Positions 9,601 through 19,800 of a stretch of 64,000 nt of DNA are shown here, piece after piece. The position numbers and the translations under genes are program-made. The stretch covers positions 9,784,275-9,848,274 of the forward strand of contig NC_134032.1 in NCBI RefSeq assembly GCF_964204645.1, given 5' to 3'. Origin of the DNA: Tubulanus polymorphus (taxonomy: Eukaryota > Animalia > Nemertea). Within the stretch, counting starts at the first letter, position 1. The number at the start of each line of letters is the position of its first letter. Under the pieces are notes generated by a model that did not search any database, was not told the origin of the DNA, and saw only the letters and a program-made list of their open reading frames with translations.

Positions 9601-10700
9601 AATTTAATTAAATCAAATACATTTATTTTAAGATTATTATCTCTTTCTATTTTTGGAATATTTTTAATTCTAACAGGATACTTATCTATCTTATAATTAT
9701 TTTCAAATTGTTTATAATGAGTTAATCTACAAATATTATAAGTTGCAGGATGTAAACAACTTATTATAGCCCATAGAAAACATTTATCATCTTCATTTTG
9801 TACATTTATTACAGCATTAGTTTTAAATGGTAGTTTAATATAACTCGATGCTTCAATATCAGGTTCTTTATAATATGATAAATTATTTTCATCAATTGGT
9901 TTTGATTTAGTTAACTTATTATATTTTGTGTTATAAACATGTAAAGTTATAAATATTATCTCATCAAATATTAAACCAGATCCTTCAAAATATTTCTCTT
10001 CTATTTTAGTTTTTATTTCATTATAACATTTATTTAATTTATCATCTATATGTTGTTTAGATATAATATGTTGTGAATGAGAATTTATATTATATATTGG
10101 TTTATCTTCAGATTTTATAAACTTTACTTTAACTGATATACTAATTTTAGGATATTCAACATCTGTAATTATTTTTATTATTTCTTTCATATTTTCTAAA
10201 TGTTTTTTATTTTCTTCTAATGTTTTACCTTTATGAAATTTAAACTCAATAGCTGCTGGACCAATATCACTTTTAAATGCTTCGGTTATCTCTATATCTT
10301 TTTTATTATCTAATGAATTAATATAATTTCTTACATCTTCCATATATGGTCTTTTATTGTTTAATTTATTTTTTATTCTTTTAATTGTCTTCTGTTTCTT
10401 ATCGTTATCATTATCAAAATAATCTTCACCTAAAATATCATTATTCTTATTTCTAATATGACTTATAGATTTTAAATGTTCTTTATAATATCTTTTATCA
10501 CTGAATGATTGATTACATGTATCACATTTGTATGTTTCTTTTTCATTCTTTAATTCTTCTAATTTAGTTTCTAATATATCATCCTTATATTCTAGTTTCA
10601 ATTTATTCTCTAAATGTGTTTTAGTTTTATTGTGTCTTGCTTTTTGAGACTTGTCTATATCAATATTACATGTTGGGCAGTAGTACTTATTTGCTTCCAT
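6678..10700 (-). CDS. polB: Protein-primed family B DNA polymerase (pPolB), 1340 aa, multidomain
   Basis: ExoI IYGDFES, ExoII FHNLSGYD, ExoIII YLKSDV, motif A YIDANNLYGWAM, motif B KLMNNAFYGK, motif C YFDTDS. Also N-terminal C2H2 fingers, vOTU-like NEDDKCFLW...ENHYMWI, and HNH/EndoVII insert CYYC...DHDHLNGKFRGAAHENCN. Confidence 0.95.
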   Translation of the reverse strand: MEANKYYCPTCNIDIDKSQKARHNKTKTHLENKLKLEYKDDILETKLEELKNEKETYKCDTCNQSFSDKRYYKEHLKSISHIRNKNNDILGEDYFDNDNDKKQKTIKRIKNKLNNKRPYMEDVRNYINSLDNKKDIEITEAFKSDIGPAAIEFKFHKGKTLEENKKHLENMKEIIKIITDVEYPKISISVKVKFIKSEDKPIYNINSHSQHIISKQHIDDKLNKCYNEIKTKIEEKYFEGSGLIFDEIIFITLHVYNTKYNKLTKSKPIDENNLSYYKEPDIEASSYIKLPFKTNAVINVQNEDDKCFLWAIISCLHPATYNICRLTHYKQFENNYKIDKYPVRIKNIPKIERDNNLKINVFDLIKLPNTKGNNIKHYTLEPLYLSKDYDSNDVIDILYYENHYMWIKQIDLFFKSENDHHKIYLCRKCLHRFSNESTLLNHKQLCDNHDYCKLVLPNEKDKILEFKKYDYKNKVPFVIYGDFESLNKELTDKDRKDIYYKRKKLNSNESDYSEEPPITNTIKKIHQSAAAFGLYIKSDYPELIESEYYQYRNENVINYFCDLLIEYEIRFSKLLNTNIEIIMTEEDKEVFAFADKCYYCEKIFNYKDKKVRDHDHLNGKFRGAAHENCNLQAKKVNFVPIIFHNLSGYDAHLFIKQLCHKIEEINNEIEILNSNKSKDKIPTYKFRMLAKTSENYISFQFGCLRFIDSYRFLNSSLDNLSKSLVDDELKILKEYYPNYDDFKLMRYKGAIPYSFYKNHNDFKITELLKEQFYDELKNEYVKDEVYNRTLNIWNHFEIKNHGQLVDLYLKSDVLLLTDIFERFRDVNLKYFNIDPCHCYSSPGLTWDCGLKFTDIKMDLLTNIDQLLLFEKSIRGGVSGVLGDRYFNVNDNPGYKLLYIDANNLYGWAMMEPQPYGMFEITEVLQIDKFDWKKRILDIADDSDIGYFFVVDLEYPENIKFKSRNLAYCPEHKTVKHEELSNYQKRIKPDNHIHTEKLMVTQEDKYNYVVHYRMLKFYLNQGMILKKVHRYISFSQSKWLEKYIDFNTTQRTEAKTDFEKDYFKLMNNAFYGKTCENIRNRNDIELVSNGKRIRHLQSYPKFIGNRIFDENLAAVKLKRTSMKFNKPIYVGAAVLEISKLLMYEFYYNVLQPHFGEKHIEILYFDTDSYILKIKSDNIKDDLKILKHHFDFSNYPKNHELFSNDNKKVPGKFKDELGGEEMIEFIGIRSKMYSYKTEEHEAKKLKGITKSVVEKNIHFKDYINCIFNEEVRKHKMKCLRSEDHEMYIEEIEKISLNPFDDKRYILDDGIHTVAYGCNLDEYIKFKREETKENEIMKRILTC

Positions 10701-10780
10701 TTTAATACTATATTTTTTATTAAAATTGATTTTAGAAGTTCAATGATTTAAATGTTATTCATTTATGTGAATATTTTAGG

Positions 10781-11186
10781 AGTAATAGGGGTAATGGGCT
10801 TTCGGGTTAAAGGTTTAATGATCGAGTTCATTAATAACATATATTAAAAGTAATTAAAAAACTATAATATATTTTCATAACCGCGTGCATTTCAGTTGAA
10901 TAATAGAATAATTATTATCATTTGAATATATTTGATTATTTGAATTTGTGTATTGTAATTAAATCAATTGGTCGCGGAGCGGAGCGGTGGCGAAGCGGAG
11001 CGACCAATTGATTTAATACAATATGCTTTTTATATTATTGATATCTTAGAATAAATATTTAGTTTTGATATAAAATGCACGCGGTTATGAAAATATATTA
11101 TAGTTTTTTAATTACTTTTAATATTTTGTTTTTTAATGGGCTCGACCGTTCGACCTTTGATCTGAAAGCCCATTACCCCTATTACT
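10781..11186. repeat. Terminal imperfect palindrome/hairpin of the Polinton
   Basis: Perfect 23-bp arms 10781-10803/11164-11186, perfect 52-bp arms 10841-10892/11073-11124, inner stem ~10951-10975/11000-11023 and a GC-rich GCGGA-repeat loop. Confidence 0.95.
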
Positions 11187-11799
11187 TACTCTACTGGTAC
11201 TGTTTTATGTATCGGTTAGGTTTTCGTCGTGAAAAATGACCCTTGAAATTCGGTCTACAGACTCGCTCAGAAAACGTTTTGACACTTCTTTTTGAAAAAT
11301 GTTTGTGATCCCAGACCCCCCTCAGTGGGCGTCGCGCCTGCGGCGCTCGCGCTGTAGGCTTCGCCTCCAGCTTAACTCACGATATGGTCCCAATTTATGG
11401 AAAAAGAACCCCCCGCCGAAATCTCACGCTACGGGCCTGTAGCAATACGAATATGAACTAACTTCATCAACACCGATCGAACGAAAACGGAAGGAATCCG
11501 TACATGGCCACCAAGGCCGCATGAAAATCCATTTACTGTCGAAAACGATACCAAAAGCGAAGATCTGGGGGCGTCGTTGTACGGATTGCGATGACAACAG
11601 TCAGCCGTCAATAGTGGTCAATAGTCAGTGAAATTTCTGTACCGTACTTGGGGATCTTTGCATCCCTGCAAATCGTACCATTACATTTATCGCTCAACGT
11701 GTGCTTTTTGTTGGACCGGAGAAATATTAGTTGGTTTATATCAAATCACATGAATCTAAAATACTTTTGACAAGATTTTCACAAAAGCTTATTGAATAA

Positions 11800-12010
11800 G
11801 GCTAAACAAATTGATACCTTGTTTCTCCGCTTTGCTGAGCTTATCAGTTGACCCGGCCGGCCGTCTATCTACCCTATACATCACTTTTTTTAAATCGTGA
11901 TCAATTTTACCATAACAGACCCGGCCGCTATAGAAATGAATTGTTTACATATCTTATCATATTTAAAAAAGTGACCCCTGCCGCTGCGGAGAAACAAGGT
12001 ATCATTTTTG
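11800..12010. mobile_element. PIF/Harbinger-like MITE family H1, copy 1 (right end degenerate)
   Basis: TIR GGCTAAACAAATTGATACCTTGTTTCTCCGC. Same family as 18080-18281 and 19372-19591. Confidence 0.7.
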
Positions 12011-12600
12011 TATACCCTTGACGCTTGAAGGAAAATGTAAATTTATACATGTAACTGCAGGATTGTGTTGTTGTTGAATGAAACATTCTTATTCGTGTCA
12101 ACAGCACTGATGTAACCAGATGAAAAGTCCAATACAATCTATTGAAGTGAAACCACAACGTTTCGGCTGTGTTGTTGACTCATGAGAGCGTGTGATTGCA
12201 TTTTACATGTTTTGTGTCCAATCGTTGTGTATAGTCATAACATGTAATTACGAATAGATTACTGGCATTATTTTTATGAAAAGTGTCTGGAATTACTTCA
12301 TGAACACCAACCAATCAGTGTTGACCTCCTGTCGAAATCCTACTAAAGGTACAACTCTGTGGTCTGGGTCTACCCCTTCAAAAGTTCGACGCTTCCAGAC
12401 AAAATGCAAACATGTGACCCGTTTGTTGACGTCCTCTATCCACCTGCAGTTTATAAATGTCCTCCTGTCTTGTTAAAAGGCTTCAGAAAAACAGATCTTC
12501 AGAGACAACTATTTCTATGATCAGATCATTTTTTATTCCTTTTCGAGCTTGAACCAATTAAACAATGTGGTGAATAATTGAAATAAATCGAGCATCGGTG

Positions 12601-12902
12601 TTAGTGAGGACAGCATCTGCCTATCAATCGTGAGCAACAGCCACTGCTAGGTCCACCTTTTAGCCAGTAGGTTCCCATCTTTCCATTACAGGTGCAATGA
12701 AGTCCTCTCTTTTCAACCTCAACTTCTGCAATAGCAATGTTGAAAATAGTCGCATTCTCCAAGCTTCACATATGTTTAGTTTTGAATTCAATTAAACTAC
12801 AGTCGGAATTACACAGCATAATTTTGAACAAAAGTTACCTTCTGCGGCGATGGCTCCAATGACCATAAACAAGGCCAAGGCGATGAAAAGAGTCTTGTAC
12901 AT
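12601..12902 (-). CDS. Secreted cysteine-rich peptide precursor, APETx/BDS (beta-defensin-fold) toxin-like, 62 aa
   Basis: Coding exons 12902-12839 and 12725-12601 (GT-AG, phase 1) give MYKTLFIALALFMVIGAIAAE-EVEVEKR-GLHCTCNGKMGTYWLKGGPSSGCCSRLIGRCCPH*. Acceptor just upstream of the ATG (exon starts 12905), probable non-coding exon ending at 13352, AATAAA at 12532-12537. Confidence 0.85.
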
Positions 12903-13993
12903 ATTCTGAAAGTAAATGAGAATTTCTCTGATTACAGCAACTTTTGGCTGTTTTCATTTATTTTACTACTCTCTTTGTCTGATAAAGATGGTATTTGAGT
13001 CAATGTTATGTTATGACCTTGAAATCAGAAAGCAACGCTAGACCCCTCTGTAGGCATTCGAACCTGACATCATATCATGACACTGCCTCCATGCGAAACC
13101 CTGTCGCGGTAAACCTATCCCCAACAGGCATGCACACACTGTAGTTACGAACCTGGGGCCGGTTGCATATAGTCACGGCTAAGACTTTAGACTGGTCTTA
13201 GACCAACTTAGTTCTATAGCCAATCTAACAACTTAAGACCAGTCTAAAGATTTAAATACACTTTTGGAATTAAGCCACAACTGTGTAACCAGTCCCTGTT
13301 TCATTCCTGAGTCACCCCTACTTCTGCTGCTCATATAGCTTAGTCACCTACCTCAGATTTTTTGAGCGTCTTGTTGATGCGATCCACAACAATTGATGAA
13401 AGGCAGAAAATTATCGTTACATATAGTGTAGTGAGCGTTTTTACATAAGCAGCTTTGAAGAATTTTGGAATAAATCATCCAAGTTGCATCGGATATTCAC
13501 ATAATCGTGCTGAATATTTTCAGGCACGTAGAAAAAATAATTTATTTTTCATTATTTTCATGAATCCTTTGTTTGAGTGTCACATGAAAGTCTTGTAGTC
13601 ACATTTACATGTATATTGTCTTGAATGCATATTTTGTCAACACGTGGTCAGTTCATGTAGATTATATTTTCAACAGATGCAGTGACGTCAGTGAAAACGA
13701 TTGTGATGTTGAGGGTTTATTTCATTTCATTTCGTCATCTTTATTTCCGAATGAAACAAGTGAATATTACAAGAATGAATAAACTAAGAGATTGATTAGG
13801 TGTGTTATTCTATATCAATTCAGTGTGTAGCTAAACTAACTTAAAAATGTATAGACACCTTGAAAAATAACATATATATTGCTTAATATTTTCGATAATG
13901 AATAACATGATATGAAATCGTATGAACTTAAGGATAAAGTTAATTCGAATTTGACTATATCCATGATTGAATTGAATTGACCGGCAGACAGTC

Positions 13994-14459
13994 TTAGACC
14001 GGTGTAGACTGGTTACCGGTCTCTATCTTCAATTAAGGTGTTTTTATTTAAGCAACTCGTATAAAATCGCTTTGCTCCGCCGATTACTGTCACGTGGTAC
14101 AAATCGAATCACCTTAAATAAATGACCCTACTCCCACAACCGGAACCTGAATTTTCGGCGATTGAAAAAGCCGCCATTTTGTTTTTGATCTATCACCGAA
14201 CGCTCCACAGTCGTAGCAAATCGAATCAAAGCGCTTCGATGAGCGATTTGGTCGCGTTGGGTACTCGCGTTGGATATTTGGTTAAATAAATGGACGTTGT
14301 AGGCAAATCGTTGTAGGCGCGTTGCTTAAATAAATGGGCGATTCGATCCGATTTGATTCGAGTTGCTTAAATAAAAACGCCTTTAGATCTCCATTGAATG
14401 GGACAGGCAACCAGTCTAATTGAAGATAGAGACCGGTAACCAGTCTACAGCCGGTCTAA
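13994..14459. mobile_element. Nested inverted-repeat elements (outer ~42-bp IR, inner MITE 14036-14382)
   Basis: Outer TTAGACCGG.GTAGACTGGTTACCGGTCTCTATCTTCAATTA at 13994-14035 and its inverse at 14417-14459. Inner TIR AGGYGTTTTTATTTAAGCAACTCG. Confidence 0.7.
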
Positions 14460-15774
14460 CCCCGACATATCGATGAGGTAGTGCACATGCGATTTTTTCA
14501 CAAGAGTGTTTCAAAGAATTTCACAATTTCAATAATTTGAACTCAAACATTTTTGACGTATTAAAGAAATATATACGTATCAAATTAATTCAATATCAAA
14601 GAGAAAGGCCAATGAAGAATTGGAAAATGTGGCTTGGAAATTAGATCTGATAATTCTTTTTTAGTTGGGCAGATCCCCAAATGTTGATTTCTGATGCAAT
14701 TCTATATTAATCCCGATGACTCATCAATAAGATATTTTCTGTAAGTTGACCATTGGCCAGTTTACAAAAACGCTAGGTTGACCACTTGATGGGGAGGTTT
14801 TCCATTCGATAAGCTGGGGATACAGACCTATAGTCTATACAGCGACATTGCTCTCGACCAATGCGCTTAGTGATTCCACGTGTATTTAACAAAGAGCATG
14901 CGCACTGCGAACAAAATGGCGGAATTTCTCTTGTGAAAAAAAAAAAAATCTATGATAACAAAATAAACGCCGAATATTTATTCACAATTGTAATATATGA
15001 TTATTTTGAACCGCAAATATTGATGACGTAGTGCATATCGATGCGCATAGAACCTCTTATAGCGTAGTCATACAAACATTAATATAACGGTTTTTTCGGT
15101 GTCGAAAAGATTTTTGAATAACAAACTAGTTTCGCTAGTATCCTTCATACCCTTAATTACACAATGCAAAGTAATTTTAACTTAGAAATAAAGTATCGAA
15201 CCACTCTTAATAAATTCAACATCATATTGACGACCGCCTTTTAGGTGTTATATTTGCGTTTTCAGACAGATTCTATATTCATACAGTGTGGAGCTTTATT
15301 TTTAAAACGATTGTTACGGAAAAAAATGATTATGTTAATGATATCCGAGCTGTCTATCACGCAGATGTTTTTGCGACGAATGTTTTTTCCGCATTAATCG
15401 CCAGTTTTTTGTTAAACTAAGCTTTAGCCAGAGAGAAGCAGTTGTTCAAAATACGTCAAAAATGTATAATCATCAGGTTGAATACGCATAGCCCATAAAA
15501 ATAGGGATCGGTTTTTCGAACGAATTCATTTTTACATGTTGCAAGTTACTTTATCAACATTATAACCTGTCCTGGCTTAGCAGGTTGCAACCTGCAGGGG
15601 TTTCACAGTCAATTCATAGCTGATGAATTTCAAGTGCTACTTGAATGCAGTTCACTACGAAAAGAACGCCAGTTACATATTTCATCTTTCTCCTGGCAGC
15701 ACTCATCTTCACCCGTCAAGGGATTCGAACCCACTACGCTAAAGCTGTTCGCTGGTGGAAGCGAGTTCGGAGTT

Positions 15775-16035
15775 CTGTGTAGAGAGTAGAGACAGGTGTG
15801 AAGGGTCGAAACGGGAACATGGTGTCTACGGGACTGTGTAGAGACTAGAGACAGATTTGAAGGGTCGAGACGGGAACATAGTGTCCACGGGACTGTGTAG
15901 AGAGTAGAGACAGGTTTGAAGGGTCGAGACAGGAACATAGTGTCCACGGGACTGTGTAGAGACTAGAGACAGGTTTTGAAGGGTCGAGACAGGAACATAG
16001 GGTCCATGGAGAAAGACCCACGGGATCTGTAGAGA
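15775..16035 (+). repeat. 59-bp tandem minisatellite, ~4.3 copies
   Basis: Unit CTGTGTAGAGASTAGAGACAGGTTTGAAGGGTCGAGACRGGAACATAGTGTCCACGGGA starting at 15775, 15834, 15893 and 15952. Confidence 0.9.
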
Positions 16036-16393
16036 AAGATAACGCGTCATGAATTTAACAATCATCTTTATTTTTTTTGCAAAATTCAGACATTAATTTT
16101 CTTCATAAATTTGATGAATTCGAATTGATTAATGGCAATAAACATGCCCCAAACAAAATGCCCCGGGCCGGGTCGTTTTTTGAAAAAAACGGTTTGAGAG
16201 ATTTAAAGAAAGTTGATTTTATTTTTTAGAAACCAAAATAATTACACTCGTGTAATTCATTCAAGATTATATTTGAAACTAGTTTAGCTTTACCAGTAAA
16301 TATATATTATTTCTGGGAGGAAATCTCGACGGGAAATTGCTTACTTCGCATCTTGAATTTTTACTTCTGTTGACATTGGAGGCGTTTTCTTGG

Positions 16394-16591
16394 TAAGTGC
16401 AGATCCACACCTCTCGTGATTGACGCAATCTGCTGAATGACAGAATCCAGGCTAAAATCTTTCTAGTGAAGATATCTAAAAATTAACCAATGGCAAACCA
16501 CTGAATTGCTGAATTTTTAATCTGAAATACGTGTTGATATTAAATGTAATTGATTGAACCGTTTACGCGGGGAGGTGCGGATCTGCACTTA
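16394..16591. mobile_element. Small MITE
   Basis: TIR TAAGTGCAGATCCRCACCTC at both ends. Confidence 0.6.
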
Positions 16592-16879
16592 AGCTTATAC
16601 CGTTTCCATCATTCGATCTTTTCAATGAAAGTTTTCAAAAATCTAATTTGATTTTTTAAAATTGTTGGTAGGTTCACATGCGAAAAACGAATCCGATACG
16701 CGCCGTAGTGTTTTAGTTCAAATAATCGACTGTGGTGGCGCTATTGTACGGTAGGGTCGAGACGGGAACGGGTCGAGACAGTAACGGGTCGAGACGGGAA
16801 CGTGGATGGCTCATATATATATGGTTGAAAACAGCGAAATTTATTTTAATCAAAACACGATTTTTGCGTTTCGGAAAAA

Positions 16880-19800
16880 ATGTCAGACCCAATCGGAGAC
16901 GACGATATGAAGATCGACCCGGGAGACATCGTTGAAATTATAGAACTGGATGAAAATATCGATGGAAATCGAGGTAAAATCGATTTAAAGCGAAAAAAAC
17001 GTGAATCAAATTCAAATCACGAAACTTTATTCTGCATAATTTTTTACTTCAAAAAATCTAATTCTTAGTCCTCTAATTAGTCAAATCAATGACATCATGC
17101 TGGTATTTATTGCATCAACCATTTTTATGAAAAGGAGGTTCTAGAGCTAGCTAGGGAAGTGCACCATATTCAATCTATCAAGTTTAATATAAATGAATTT
17201 TCAAAAATGCAGTAGTAAATCATTACATGATTCTTTTTGTTTTTATTATAGAAGAGCAATTATTGAATGATTTGAACGAGATGGATTTTGAACATTATGA
17301 AGACGGTGATGACCTAGAACCCGGCAGAGAGGAAGAGGGCGCCACCGCTGAACCAGAAAGGGACGATTCGAAAGTTACATTCTCAAAACATAAAGGTACG
17401 TAATTTGGTAATATGATGATGTCATTGAGAGATCTATGGAGGCAGTCACCTTTTCAGGAAGTGTCTAAAATGGATTATTCAATGACATCATAGAGGGATA
17501 CATGGAGGCAGTCATCTTTTGGGAAGTGTCTAAAATGGATTATTCGATGACATCATAGGAGGATTTATGGAGGCAGTCATCATTTCGGGAAGTGTCTAGG
17601 GGATTATTTGATGATGTCATAGGGGGAATTTACGGAGGTAGTCATCTTAACTGGAATTATCTAATGAGGGATTATTTGATGATGTCAGAGGGGGATTTAT
17701 CGAGTCCGCCATCTACAGGAATTGTCATATCTTTCCTTTGATGGCTATATTTTTAGGTTCGGTGTTTTGCGTTGCTTCGAGTCCTAATTGTGAATTCGTG
17801 GTAACCGGGGGCGAGGATGACAAAGCTTACGTGTGGAGTCTCGACAACGGAGAACATCACTTCGAAACAGAAGGTAAAATACACGAGATTATACCTAAAT
17901 CGGCAGCCATACTGTTTGGGGCTCAAATTCATGTAATGCTGAAATCTCAAAAGATGATTGATTTCAAGAAGTTAAGATAAATCTAAATACTCGAACTTTG
18001 ACAGCTTCGAATGAGTCGTCCTATACTCAGGGATTCTCAGGGGTTAAATTCATGGGACTCGTAATTTAAAACCAGATAAGGCTAAAGAATTGATACCTTG
18101 TTTCTTCTAATCGGCCGGGTCACTTTTGTAAACTACAATAAAATTCGTAATCAGATCATTTCTATAGCTGCTGGGTCTGTTATGATTAGCTTAATCATAA
18201 TCGTTGAAAATAGTAATTTCATGGTAGATACGCGGTAGATAGGCGGCCGACCGGGAGAAACGAGGTATCCATTTCTTAGCCTAGGTATCAGAGGACAATT
18301 GCCCCCAAATTATTTAGGTGGTGTTAATCTAAATCAAAAAGGATTTTTAAATTGCAAGAATTTAGTTTCGACTTTGAAAATTAAGATACCTACGTACTCA
18401 AATGTCTTTAAATCCAACCCAACCCTAATCAGATTCGGAATGATTTTAATTTTTTGCCCGTACATACGTAGGTCATGAAGACTCGGTCGTCGCTTGCGGT
18501 TTCAGTCACACGGGGAAATACCTGGCGACTGGCGACATGGCTGGAAATGTTAAAGTCTGGTCGATGGCCGGGAAAGAATTGAAATGTTCTCTAGAATGCG
18601 GCGACATGGAGGTATGGGAATTTTGCTATTGTCAGACCTTTTTCATAAAAATAATAATAATAATAGTAATATGTCTTATATAGCGCTAAATCCAGCCAGG
18701 CTGCTCAGAGCGCTTTACATTTTTCGATATTATTACCCCGGCCAATATATGTTATACTCTAACATGTATCAGTCATCTCTCCCTGGGGAGAAGTAACACC
18801 GAGCTGCTAACAAACGCTCAGGAGTCATCTATCAGGCCAGGTACCCATTTACTCCTGGGTAGAGAGAGGCAATGAGGATAAGTCTCTTGCCCGAGGACAC
18901 TACAGCAATGTACGGGGTTCGAACCCACGACCTGGCTTCCCAGAACCGAACGCTCTAACCGCTCGGCCACACCGCTCCACCGCTATTGAAATATTTTAGT
19001 TGTCCTATCTTGCTCTGCCCTCTCCTCCCTCCCCATTTTGTCCCTCCCCTATTCCTCCATTTATCCTTTTTAGCCCTGTCCCCATAAAGCTAACTTAGGC
19101 TATTCCAGTAGAGTATTTTCTAATAATTTTAAGAACTCAACTGCTCCCAAAAATATATAAAACGCACAGAAAAAATCAGATTAACTTCTACAAGTTCATT
19201 TTGAATTAAACTACTATTTTTGATGTCATCGTGAAAATTGTACTTATTTCACTCAAATTTTGTGAAAATTACCACATTATTAGAAATATCAGGTAGCCCG
19301 GTCTGTCCCCACGTGCCTCTCTCTTCCTCTCGCTCTAAATGTCTGTGAATTGTTATAAAAAAACATGATAAGGCTAAACAAAAATGATACCTTGTTTCTC
19401 CGCAGCGGCCGGGTCATTTTTGTAAAATATGATAAAATTGATAAACAGTTCATTTCTTTAGCAGCCGGGTCTGTTATGGTAAAATTGATCACGATTTTAA
19501 AAAAAGTAATGTATAGGGTAGACAGGCGGCTGGCCGGGTCAACATTTAAGCTCAGCAGAGCAGAGAAACAAGGTATCAATTTTTTTTAGCCTAATGAGTC
19601 ATCATCATCATCATCATCAACAATGGTTGCCATAATTTAACACTACAAATTTTCATCCTTGTTTTAGTGGATGAAATGGCATCCGTCTGCCGACGTACTG
19701 ATCGCCGGTAGCTGCGACGGCGACGTCTGGATGTGGAAGGTGCCGAGCGGTGAATGTCGGACGTTTTCGGGACCGGGCTGCGCCTGTACGTGCGGCGTCG

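Larger units (their letters stand above)
1..11195 (-). mobile_element. Endogenous Polinton/Maverick-like virus, terminal part (continues beyond position 1)
   Basis: Abrupt switch from very AT-rich, intron-less, gene-dense DNA to host-like DNA at ~11.2 kb. Contains pPolB, penton-like and MCP-like genes. The terminus reads 5'-AGTAGAGTAAGTAATAGGGG on the minus strand (Polinton-type AG...CT end). Integrase, ATPase and protease are not in the window. Confidence 0.9.

Noticed and set aside
1-11195. Alternative reading as bacterial, phage or organellar contamination
   Set aside because: No Shine-Dalgarno pattern, eukaryotic-virus-type pPolB and capsid genes, and a clean AG/CT-type junction into host DNA.
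12150-12190. Hammerhead-ribozyme-like CTCATGA...GAAACGTT (minus), and CTGATRA...AAAGCTTG motifs at ~20135-20175 and 20620-20640
   Set aside because: Catalytic core mutated or stems I/II do not pair properly. At most decayed Penelope-like remnants.
15700-15755. tRNA-like B box GGTTCGAATCCC (also ~33575-33620 and 18900-18978)
   Set aside because: No full cloverleaf. These are SINE heads, not tRNA genes.
15775-16035. Regularly spaced repeats that could be taken for CRISPR arrays (also 25685-26350)
   Set aside because: Whole units repeat without unique spacers. Eukaryotic context with no cas genes.
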